Source of the DNA: a virus
Lineage: Duplodnaviria > Caudoviricetes
Virus record (IMG/VR): IMGVR_UViG_3300017782_004064
Span: 1 to 59,093 of that record
DNA length: 59,093 nt
Strand: one strand, 5' to 3'
The notes under the pieces are model-generated. The model worked only from the letters and a program-made list of their open reading frames with translations, was not told the DNA's origin and did not search any database. This document shows, one piece after another, positions 37,178-44,966 of this stretch. The position numbers and the translations under genes are program-made. Position 1 is the first letter of the stretch, and each line of letters begins with the position of its first letter.

Positions 37178-38544
37178 TAAGCGTTCTCATAGTTTCTTTC
37201 AAGAGGTGCTACGAGAGATACGGAGTTGGAGGTAGATCTCGTAATCGTTCCTGTTGCACTCACGTACTGTCCAGTGTCTAAACCGATAGCGACTACAGTG
37301 ATTGGTGCATCTGTAGCTGCTGTGCGTCCGCCCTGTACGTTGCCGTCATAGTCGAAGTCAAAAGTAATAGAGGAAGCTGCGCTAATAGTGCCTGCTACAT
37401 CTGAGCCACCGTTGTCATCTACAAGGATTGCGTCACTGTCACCAAAGTCGTTACCGTTAGCATCTGTGAAGAATACTCGGTAGATGGCGCTTGCGTCGTT
37501 CTGTAGGTTAGCGTTGAAGTTAATCGTGGTTACAGCTACGAATGGGAATGTTCGAGTGGTTGCTGTGTTGTCTACAAACTCAATACGGTTAGTATCTGCA
37601 GTCTGGAAGTTATCAATATAAACACCAGTACCACCGCCGTCTGGGTTAGTGGCTGATTTCGTCTTAAGTGTGTCCCCAACAAACTCGAGGAGCTCGTCTG
37701 CAGTCTTACCGATTAGGGAGTCTGCATCTGCATCAATATCTGAGTTCTGGCGGAGTTGGTATTGTACAAATTCGTAAATTTCTTCAGCTGTACCGTTGTT
37801 ACCATCAATAATGATTCCGAAATCATAGTTAGAGCCACCAATTGAGCGGCTTTGGGCTACAGCGTTGTAAGTAATGCTCATGCCTGTGTACGGAGTGTTA
37901 GCACCGATATTAACATCAGACTCTGTAATCTTAAGATCCGCTGCTGTACTGATCGGGAAACGGTAAGCCTGTGAGGCCATTGTCGTTACACCAATATCAG
38001 AAATGGAAGACTGTCCGAAGGTCTGGGCTTGCTCACGCACAAACAGAGTGAATACTGTTCGGTAGTCAAAACCGTCGGAGTAGTTGCCATCACCGTTAGG
38101 ATCGTCTAGGATCTGTACTGCTTGGTTAACCTGGCCAGTAAGCTGTACGTTGGTAGCTCCTGCGCCTTGCTCGAAGTAGAGCTGATCGTCAGCCTCAATA
38201 GAACCAAGACCGATAATGCCTGCCCACTGCTGTGTAACCTGCCCTGACGTGTTAACTACTGTCCAGCCTGCTGTACGTACTAAATAGCGGGAAGCGTCAT
38301 TAGCGAAGTCCCAGCCGTCTTTAAGTTCGAAACTCTCGTCAGTAATAGGTGTGAAGGGAAACTCAAACTTAATAAGGTTAGCATCGTCTTTCCATTCTTC
38401 CTTACAGAACGAATAAAGAGCTTTAAGAGTAACACCGTCTGACGAAAGGTTACCTGCCTCAGAGAGCGTGATAGTCTTTAGCGTGGTGTTGAAAGTAACC
38501 TCAGTAGCTTGATTCAGCTGATCTGGATCTGTGATAAGTGCCAT
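37177..38544 (-). CDS. Acidic beta-rich putative structural/appendage protein
   Basis: MALITDPD, LYSFCKEEWK, FDFDYDGNVQGGRTA; ends ERNYENA; AAGGA RBS. Confidence 0.65.
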   Translation of the reverse strand: MALITDPDQLNQATEVTFNTTLKTITLSEAGNLSSDGVTLKALYSFCKEEWKDDANLIKFEFPFTPITDESFELKDGWDFANDASRYLVRTAGWTVVNTSGQVTQQWAGIIGLGSIEADDQLYFEQGAGATNVQLTGQVNQAVQILDDPNGDGNYSDGFDYRTVFTLFVREQAQTFGQSSISDIGVTTMASQAYRFPISTAADLKITESDVNIGANTPYTGMSITYNAVAQSRSIGGSNYDFGIIIDGNNGTAEEIYEFVQYQLRQNSDIDADADSLIGKTADELLEFVGDTLKTKSATNPDGGGTGVYIDNFQTADTNRIEFVDNTATTRTFPFVAVTTINFNANLQNDASAIYRVFFTDANGNDFGDSDAILVDDNGGSDVAGTISAASSITFDFDYDGNVQGGRTAATDAPITVVAIGLDTGQYVSATGTITRSTSNSVSLVAPLERNYENA

Positions 38545-38556
38545 CGTTAGTTTTCC

Positions 38557-38853
38557 TTAGTTTGTCGTTACAGTGCGGTCTAGAGAGGATACGTACCCGT
38601 TTCCGTCTCTCGATATTGTGGTGGTGATTGTTTCTGTTGCGAGAACATGCTGGATAGCTGTTACTGTGCCAGAGCCATCTCGCGTTACTATCTTGTAAGT
38701 GCCGTCTTGGTAGTCGAGCCTAGAGACATTGTTTGTTACTCCGTCCCTTGTAACCCCTACATCTAGAGAGGCTGTGTATTCTAAGCCATCAGTGACTGTG
38801 CCTGCCTCTACGTTCACATTGGAGATTCTGCTAGGGTAAAACGTAAGAGTCAC
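38557..38853 (-). CDS. Small beta-rich protein
   Basis: Three TRDG/SRDG turns; GAGGA RBS. Confidence 0.6.
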   Translation of the reverse strand: MTLTFYPSRISNVNVEAGTVTDGLEYTASLDVGVTRDGVTNNVSRLDYQDGTYKIVTRDGSGTVTAIQHVLATETITTTISRDGNGYVSSLDRTVTTN

Positions 38854-39185
38854 TAGAGATCCTCTCTCCCCCAGGCTGTGAAGGTGACTGTAGTGCCTGT
38901 ACTGTTCTGCACAGAGAGGGTTGAGCCTGTCATTAGCATTGGTATGGGATTGTTCTCAAAATCGATAACTACTGTCTCGTTGCCTTTGAGAGACGTACTG
39001 CGGAATAAAGCCTTGTCATCAGTCGTAGCAGAGCCGCCTATGTCTAGATAGATAGAGAACTCATGAGTGCTGCCTGTTGTATTAGTAACCACAATAGCGG
39101 AAACCTCTGCCCTGTTTGTTACTGTGAACAACGCCTCTGCACCAGAGCCTGAAGGCTGTAACTGCCCTAGTACTTTAGGCTGCAT
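38853..39185 (-). CDS. Small beta-sandwich virion-associated protein
   Basis: ALFTV...VSAIVVTN...LKGNETV pattern recalled from marine phage small structural proteins. Confidence 0.6.
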   Translation of the reverse strand: MQPKVLGQLQPSGSGAEALFTVTNRAEVSAIVVTNTTGSTHEFSIYLDIGGSATTDDKALFRSTSLKGNETVVIDFENNPIPMLMTGSTLSVQNSTGTTVTFTAWGREDL

Positions 39186-39196
39186 AGTGGTTCTCG

Positions 39197-39349
39197 TTAG
39201 TTGGGTAGTTTATCGTCATGGCTGTCTTCTGTGAATTCCTTTAAATAAGCCCCTTCTGGTAGGGGTAGTATATCTGGGAGCTCCTCTTTAAAGAAGCCTT
39301 TCTCAATGCCGTCTTGAAATGCCACTATAAAGTCATATGGCTTATACAT
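39197..39349 (-). CDS. 50-aa hypothetical protein, first gene of the late arm (not in ORF track)
   Basis: MYKPYDFIVAFQDGIEKG...; AGGA upstream. Confidence 0.5.
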   Translation of the reverse strand: MYKPYDFIVAFQDGIEKGFFKEELPDILPLPEGAYLKEFTEDSHDDKLPN

Positions 39350-39604
39350 ACATTCTAATCCTAAGCTGTATAGTAATTCTATACATTTCGTATAGCTGTT
39401 ATACAGGCGCTGCCTTATAAGTTGCTTCGAGAGAAAAACAGATGGCTGGTAGAGACGGCTTGAAGTGGTTAATTATTCGTTAACGAATATCTAGACAGAC
39501 CTGTCCTTAAGAAGTGTTATACTGTATAGTAGTCTATATAGTATTCTTTAAGAAGTTTCTTTAAAGATTAATCCAAGGATTAACAACTAACAGCTGTTTA
39601 GAAA

Positions 39605-39686
39605 CTCACAAAGTGTCTTGTTAGTCTTAGGTAAGAATCTTTAAGCATGCTAACAAGAACTTCTTGTGAGAACCTTCTTTAAAGAG
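39605..39686 (-). promoter_or_regulatory. boxA-like + hairpin leader element, copy 1 (late operon)
   Basis: CTCTTTAAAGAAGGTT-CTCACAA...TCTTGTTAG...CTAACAAGA...TTGTGAG. Confidence 0.6.
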
Positions 39687-39707
39687 TATTTATTCTCTCA
39701 CATGAGA

Positions 39708-39736
39708 ATTATAACATTTTCTAGACCCTGTGTCAA
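39708..39736 (-). promoter_or_regulatory. Consensus sigma70 promoter for the virion arm
   Basis: TTGACA-17-TATAAT with TG extension. Confidence 0.85.
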
Positions 39737-40171
39737 GCACTTTTTAGCAATAATCGTGGAAGCTACTGTAATATAAGGATCTCGAAACTGGCCATATTGT
39801 ACGATTTTACTTGACAAATTAGCGGACTTTTTAGAATTCCTTAATAAATGGTTAATTTTAAGGGGTTCTGGACAGTAAATCTAGGCAGGATTTCTTGGCA
39901 GAATTAGGGGTTTTTCATCAGCTGCTTGAAGTTAGGCCTGTAAGTGCCGCTAAATAGCTGTTTTATTGGGGATCTCTCCAGAAATGTGCATATGTGCATA
40001 CTTAGAGGTTAGGCATCCTCGCAGCATCTGGCCATGTTTCGTTACTGGCAAGTTTCTGTACGGAATCTGTACGGTTTCTGTGTAGGATTTTCTCCTATTT
40101 TCCGATTTTTAAAAAATTTATATCGAGCTCATATACAAGCCTGTGCGGAGGGGGGAGTGTCCCCCGCCCAC

Positions 40172-40489
40172 CCCACCAGACCCCTCACCAGAAAACCCTC
40201 TAAGCAGCTCCTACAGCCAATTCTAGCCACTAAACAGCAATAAACTCACCAGAAAAGCTAGCAAAAAACTAAGCTTTACAGTGAGGAACTGTGCAGAAAA
40301 AACCTTAATAGTTAGTGTGTTTTTAGGGCGGCTAGGGGGGAGGGTGGCGGATAGCCTATGCATGAATGCATATTAAGCACTGCTTTACAGCCAAAAACGT
40401 GTATATTCTAGCCCCTGTAAAGAACCCTCACCAGAACCAACTCAAAAGAACCAACTCACCAGCGCCACTATAAAGCACCGTCTCACCAG
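40172..40489 (+). repeat. Cluster of CTCACCAG octamers
   Basis: Exact copies at 40184, 40245, 40427, 40455 and 40482; CCCACCAG at 40172. Confidence 0.85.
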
Positions 40490-40571
40490 CCTAACTAGCG
40501 CCACTATGCTGATAGAGACGGCTTGAAATGCTAACTTGTTAAATACTTTCCAACTATTTTAAAGAAACCTC

Positions 40572-40640
40572 TTGACACTCTCGCTGATTAGTGCATACTA
40601 ATACTTAAGAAACGCAACCAACGGAAAGGCTTACAATATG
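40572..40640 (+). promoter_or_regulatory. Early promoter + leader/RBS module, copy 1
   Basis: TTGACA-16-CATACT then ACTTAAGAAACGCAACCAACGGAAAGGCTTACAATATG. Confidence 0.75.
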
Positions 40641-40811
40641 AAAGCACAACTTAACATGAAGAATCTCGAAAAGACACTAAACATAATCGATAAGCTCATT
40701 GAGGCGGGTGACTTACACGAGGCCAGCTTAAGAGTAAAAAGCTTAGTAATAGCTACTGAGATACATAATGAAGGTTTAGAGTACACGTACAACCAAGCAG
40801 TGAAAGGCTAA
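40638..40811 (+). CDS. 57-aa first early protein (not in ORF track)
   Basis: MKAQLNMKNLEKTL...; GAAAGG RBS. Confidence 0.7.
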   Translation: MKAQLNMKNLEKTLNIIDKLIEAGDLHEASLRVKSLVIATEIHNEGLEYTYNQAVKG

Positions 40812-40815
40812 CAAG

Positions 40816-41004
40816 ATGACTTTAAAGCAACTCAAGAAGGCCAACAGAGGCAAACAGCTACTAGGCTTTGAAATAGACTACTGGAACGACAAAACAGGCG
40901 AGATAGTCACGCTAGAACAACACGCAACCACTGAAAAGCAATTTCTTCAGCTACTACGTGATAAGGGACTAGCTAACAGCACATACCGTCGCATTCCAAA
41001 CTAA
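40816..41004 (+). CDS. Early hypothetical protein
   Basis: GAAAGG RBS. Confidence 0.65.
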   Translation: MTLKQLKKANRGKQLLGFEIDYWNDKTGEIVTLEQHATTEKQFLQLLRDKGLANSTYRRIPN

Positions 41005-41036
41005 CCACCATTAACTAGAAAAAGGACTATAGAGCC

Positions 41037-41288
41037 ATGACTAACATTAAAACAACCAAGCACTCAAACGTAACTATAAAGAAAGACTCACCAGAACGCT
41101 TGCGGAATCGCTTGAAAGAATTCGCTATACAGCATTTCGTACTAGCTTACACTCTCATAGTACTGCTAGTAATGTGCTTAGCATTCGCTAGCCTGATGAT
41201 GCCTTTCAGCATTCAAACTGTAGAGGAGCACTGTAAAGCACAACAACATTACAGCTATACTACTTGCAAGCTGATACTTTCTCAATAA
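41037..41288 (+). CDS. Early membrane protein
   Basis: One TM segment; AAAGGA RBS. Confidence 0.65.
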   Translation: MTNIKTTKHSNVTIKKDSPERLRNRLKEFAIQHFVLAYTLIVLLVMCLAFASLMMPFSIQTVEEHCKAQQHYSYTTCKLILSQ

Positions 41289-41294
41289 AAAGGC

Positions 41295-41363
41295 TTGACA
41301 ATACTTTTAAGAAGTGCATACTAACACTTAAGAAACGCAACCAATGGAAAGGCTTACAAGATG
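41295..41363 (+). promoter_or_regulatory. Early promoter + leader/RBS module, copy 2
   Basis: TTGACA-16-CATACT; 41313-41363 differs from 40590-40640 at 3 of 51 nt. Confidence 0.75.
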
Positions 41364-41657
41364 ACTAAGTATAACGGATGGACTAACTATGAGACTTGGC
41401 TAGTCAACTTACACTATGACAACTTCTTTCAAGAGCAGGCTGAAGATCTCTACCAAGACGCGCTAGCCTGCGATACTTTCAGCAAAGAAGAAAACGCTGC
41501 ACATGCTCTTTGTGAGTACATAGAAGAGACTGTAACAGAGTTCAACTACAACCCAGACGCTGATACTGCACTTGTAAACGACATTGTTAACGCCGCTCTA
41601 TCGTCTGTCAATTGGTACGAGATAGCAGCTAACTACATAGAATCACTAGGGGAATAG
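41361..41657 (+). CDS. Highly acidic early protein (YNGWTNYETW family)
   Basis: About 19 D/E vs 2 K/R in 98 aa. Confidence 0.7.
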   Translation: MTKYNGWTNYETWLVNLHYDNFFQEQAEDLYQDALACDTFSKEENAAHALCEYIEETVTEFNYNPDADTALVNDIVNAALSSVNWYEIAANYIESLGE

Positions 41658-41659
41658 AG

Positions 41660-42334
41660 ATGACTGATAAACTAGAAATAAACCTTCCATTCAGCGGCTT
41701 TTATAACAGCTATCATGATGCCGTATTTGATGACATGCTAGAACGAGACTTAGCATATTACGGCGATGAGCTAGGCGCTTCGGATGAGGAACTAGAAAAG
41801 CTTTCTGAGCTGTATTGGGATGCTGATTTTAACAAAGTGCACAGCTCTTACTTGTCAGAATACTTGCCAGCCTTCACTAGCGAGCTAAGCGATCTGACAG
41901 GTGTCACTGTAGAGCTAACTTTTGATAAGCTTGTAAGCCCTAAAGAGTATAACTTCACTACTGACACTCTCGCCGCCTTTATCAGTAAAGACTCTGTTAA
42001 AGCTCTCTATGAAGCAGTTGATAAAGATAACCTTGCAAGTTGGGTCAAAGAGCGTCATAGCTCACGTGATGGCTTTATAAGCTTCTATTCAAACTCTTTA
42101 GAAGAATGGCTGGAAAAGCCTGCTGTTGATTGGGATCATAACCAACTAGAAACCTTAATTTATGCATTCTTTGATGATATGGCTGAATTTGACGAGTGGG
42201 AATCTAGCATAGTATTTGACATATGCAGCGGCACTATTCAGAATTGTTACTTTGAAGGTGCAACCGAGGCCTATAAAGAGCTTGATGCTAAGCTGTGGCA
42301 ACGCGACAGTAGATACGATTCAAGGGAGGCTTAA
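41660..42334 (+). CDS. Acidic early protein (PFSGFYNS / SPKEYNF family; possible anti-restriction)
   Basis: Motifs LPFSGFYNS, SPKEYNFTTD, SRDGFISFYSN. Confidence 0.6.
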   Translation: MTDKLEINLPFSGFYNSYHDAVFDDMLERDLAYYGDELGASDEELEKLSELYWDADFNKVHSSYLSEYLPAFTSELSDLTGVTVELTFDKLVSPKEYNFTTDTLAAFISKDSVKALYEAVDKDNLASWVKERHSSRDGFISFYSNSLEEWLEKPAVDWDHNQLETLIYAFFDDMAEFDEWESSIVFDICSGTIQNCYFEGATEAYKELDAKLWQRDSRYDSREA

Positions 42335-42337
42335 GAG

Positions 42338-42619
42338 ATGATAGAAGTAAGCAGGCAAAAACTAGAAGCCAAACTGGAAGAACTTAAGAAGCTTAACATG
42401 AAGGTTCACGGCTGTGAGTTCATTAGCGATAGGAAGCTAGATCCAGACGTATTAGCCTTCGTATCCTACCAAACAGACTATGGAAAGCTAGTAAGAGACC
42501 TTTTAGATTTGACCACAGGCAACTTTATGCGCCTCGATAACGCTATTCTAACAGGCTTTCTAGAAGAGTACCACTGGCTAGAGCAACAACTAAAAGAAAT
42601 ATGCACAGATGCACATTAG
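42338..42619 (+). CDS. Hypothetical protein
   Basis: GGAGG RBS. Confidence 0.65.
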   Translation: MIEVSRQKLEAKLEELKKLNMKVHGCEFISDRKLDPDVLAFVSYQTDYGKLVRDLLDLTTGNFMRLDNAILTGFLEEYHWLEQQLKEICTDAH

Positions 42620-42804
42620 AAAGGCTAGCAATGGAACCAACAGCAGCGAATGCAACCATTTACTTATTAAAGAACCTGTACAGTTGCCTTGATTATCCTG
42701 AAGTAGACATAATAACCGTACAGCATAAGATTGACCACAGAACTAGCGACGAGTGGAATACATTACTAGAAATGGCTAGGGAATGCATAATTGATAGATA
42801 CTAA
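42601..42804 (+). CDS. Hypothetical protein (start may be 42631)
   Basis: GAAAGG precedes the internal ATG. Confidence 0.55.
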   Translation: MHRCTLERLAMEPTAANATIYLLKNLYSCLDYPEVDIITVQHKIDHRTSDEWNTLLEMARECIIDRY

Positions 42805-42823
42805 CTAGAAAAGGACTAACCAA

Positions 42824-43186
42824 ATGACTACCAATGAAAACTTTCAAGTATACCTTGATGAAATGCTACGCCTGTTTAATGCAGGAAAGCCACTCAATGC
42901 CACTTTACAGCTTGCATATTACATAGAAAAGTACTATAAAGAAGAAGATCAGCCACCGCGCTTGCAAGAACCCATTAAAGAGATTCAAGGCTATCTAGAA
43001 CGCGGGCAAGGCGATGAAGCAGCACCTAACATGATGGGGCTATTCATTATGGAAGTCTTGGTAGAATACCTAACAGATGCTGATCTAGACCAATTCGACA
43101 AGATGGATAAGCTGATCGACATAGAGGGCAGTGAAGAAGCTGTGCTTGCAAGACAGAAACAAGATAGAAAACTGCTAGACATTTAA
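42824..43186 (+). CDS. Hypothetical protein
   Basis: AAAGGA RBS. Confidence 0.7.
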   Translation: MTTNENFQVYLDEMLRLFNAGKPLNATLQLAYYIEKYYKEEDQPPRLQEPIKEIQGYLERGQGDEAAPNMMGLFIMEVLVEYLTDADLDQFDKMDKLIDIEGSEEAVLARQKQDRKLLDI

Positions 43187-43210
43187 CCACTAGAAAAGGA
43201 ATAAAAAGAA

Positions 43211-43447
43211 ATGGCAAAAGACTACTTCGATAAAGAAACCGCTGTAAGTGACTTCACAGGAATAGCTGACAAGGGCATTAGAGAGCTACAGGAGCTGTAC
43301 AACTACGCTGTCGAGCAGTATTTCTTCTATGCGGCTGCAGAGGCGGGATCTGGACAGTACAACGCTGAAGGTGAACGCTTCTACAACGATATGCAGTTCG
43401 CTATCAAGCAGCAATGTGACCGTAAAGGCTTTAAAATTATAACTTAA
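43211..43447 (+). CDS. Hypothetical protein
   Basis: AAAGGA RBS. Confidence 0.7.
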   Translation: MAKDYFDKETAVSDFTGIADKGIRELQELYNYAVEQYFFYAAAEAGSGQYNAEGERFYNDMQFAIKQQCDRKGFKIIT

Positions 43448-43512
43448 CAGGGGGCTTACTAGATGACTAAGCTATACACAGCATTCTTAATCGCAATTTC
43501 AAAGGTGATACT

Positions 43513-43653
43513 ATGAGAAGGGAAACTGAACAGGACGACTTAAGCTGGCTTATAGAGCACTGGCAAGATACCGGTACAGCTTGGTTTAAGTACCAGAAAG
43601 AGTGCCAACAACAACGCTTACTAGATGAGGAGCAACACGCAGATGACAGATAG
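43513..43653 (+). CDS. 46-aa hypothetical protein (not in ORF track)
   Basis: MRRETEQDDLSWLIEHW...; AGGTGA RBS. Confidence 0.5.
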   Translation: MRRETEQDDLSWLIEHWQDTGTAWFKYQKECQQQRLLDEEQHADDR

Positions 43654-43918
43654 AAGCATAATAGATTGCCGTACAGTATTCGAGATAGCGCAGACCTTAA
43701 CAGAGCTTAGGAAACTGGATGCCGCTCGCCGTAAGACTAGACGGAAGGCTGATAGAAACGTGCTGGACAGGGAAATAAAAGACACTGTGAACTATCTCGA
43801 CTCTCTGTGCACCTATCTTGAAGAAACAGACCCTGTACAGGCCTCCTTACGAGAAGCCCATGAGCAGAGGTTACTTTTAGGAGAACCCTACATAGAGAAA
43901 CCTACTAAAGAACAGTAA
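43643..43918 (+). CDS. Hypothetical protein (start re-called)
   Basis: GAGGAG RBS before the ATG at 43643. Confidence 0.6.
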   Translation: MTDRSIIDCRTVFEIAQTLTELRKLDAARRKTRRKADRNVLDREIKDTVNYLDSLCTYLEETDPVQASLREAHEQRLLLGEPYIEKPTKEQ

Positions 43919-43955
43919 CTTGCGAGATAATTACAGTAATATGGCCAGATAAGTA

Positions 43956-43985
43956 TTGACAACTTTCTAAATTTCCGGTTATAAT
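43956..43985 (+). promoter_or_regulatory. Sigma70 promoter for the middle/replication operon
   Basis: TTGACA-18-TATAAT. Confidence 0.75.
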
Positions 43986-44060
43986 AAATACTGTTAAGTA
44001 TCTACTTAAAAGATTACTTTAAAGAATTCTTGAAAGATGCTGTTGTAACTACTAAAAAAC

Positions 44061-44114
44061 CTCTTTAAAGAAAGGCTCATAAATTAACTGTTGACACAAC
44101 AGACGGCTTATGAG
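44061..44114 (+). promoter_or_regulatory. boxA-like + hairpin leader element, copy 2
   Basis: CTCTTTAAAGAAAGG-CTCATAA-ATTAA-CTGTTG-ACA-CAACAG-ACGGC-TTATGAG. Confidence 0.6.
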
Positions 44115-44176
44115 AAACTCTATAAAGAACACTTTAAAGAACATTTATATTTAATTAACTTTAAGAAGGACTAGCA

Positions 44177-44722
44177 ATGACTAAAACCACCTCGAAGCAA
44201 AAGGTCAGCCCAGCTGATCAGAAAGTAACCAAGCCAGAGCTTAAAGATGAAGCTGATCAGGCTACTGACCAGTTAGACCAGCCCGTAAAAGCGAAACCCT
44301 CTGAAGCCATGCCGAAAGAAGCTGAGCCAGAGGCTGTCAAGAAAGTCCGTGAAGCGGCTGAAGAGAAGGTACTAAAAGAGGAGGCTGATAAGAAGGCTAT
44401 CATTAAGCACTATCTTATAGACACTCTTGAGGAGAAGCTTGGGAAGATTGTCTTGCGAGGCATTGTCAAGCATGAGGACTCAGGAGCCTATTCATCAGTT
44501 ACAGTAGTGGAGACTTCCCGCCGAGAGGGTCTAGTACTTAAGGGCACTAACAAGCTCTCTATTGTGCCCACTATCGAGACTGTGAAGGAATACTTTACCC
44601 AGTACGGTGGCAAGTACAGTGCTAATGATGCGTTGGCTAAAGCTGGCCATTTTGTGAATGTTCCTGATAAAGTACTTGACTTAGAGTGCCCATTAGCGTA
44701 TCGTCATATAGGCAAGCAATAG
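44177..44722 (+). CDS. Hypothetical protein with disordered charged N-terminus
   Basis: AAGGA RBS; first gene after the long leader. Confidence 0.7.
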   Translation: MTKTTSKQKVSPADQKVTKPELKDEADQATDQLDQPVKAKPSEAMPKEAEPEAVKKVREAAEEKVLKEEADKKAIIKHYLIDTLEEKLGKIVLRGIVKHEDSGAYSSVTVVETSRREGLVLKGTNKLSIVPTIETVKEYFTQYGGKYSANDALAKAGHFVNVPDKVLDLECPLAYRHIGKQ

Positions 44723-44759
44723 AGAAGGCTGAGGAGTAGGTCTGTTGAGTGAGGTGCTT

Positions 44760-44966
44760 ATGAGTGAAGACTATTTAGGGAAGCCCAAGGGCTATTCGAT
44801 TGAAGCTCTGTTTAATGCCAAGAAGAAAGGAATATGGCTTACGGTCGAGCCTAACATTGGGTTTAAACTAGCCACACTTACACCAAGCGGAGAAGAGTAC
44901 TTAAAGCATTGGGATATGTCGTTAGTATTTATCCCTAAGAACCAGCCCAGAGAGGAGCAGGAATGA
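44760..44966 (+). CDS. Hypothetical protein (start re-called)
   Basis: GAGGTG RBS before the ATG at 44760. Confidence 0.55.
   Translation: MSEDYLGKPKGYSIEALFNAKKKGIWLTVEPNIGFKLATLTPSGEEYLKHWDMSLVFIPKNQPREEQE

Larger units (their letters stand above)
39445..40537 (+). repeat. Pair of ~30-bp imperfect direct repeats (39445-39474 and 40508-40537)
   Basis: GCTG(G/A)TAGAGACGGCTTGAA(G/A)TG..; 15-nt exact core. Confidence 0.8.

Noticed and set aside
39811-39837. Rightward promoter TTGACA...TAGAAT
   Set aside because: 15-nt spacer is suboptimal and no gene follows for about 800 bp.
40034-40243. 69-aa ORF in the control region
   Set aside because: No RBS; runs through repeat and G/C tracts; probably non-coding.
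40172-40510. CRISPR array
   Set aside because: Repeats are only 8-12 nt with irregular spacing; no cas genes.
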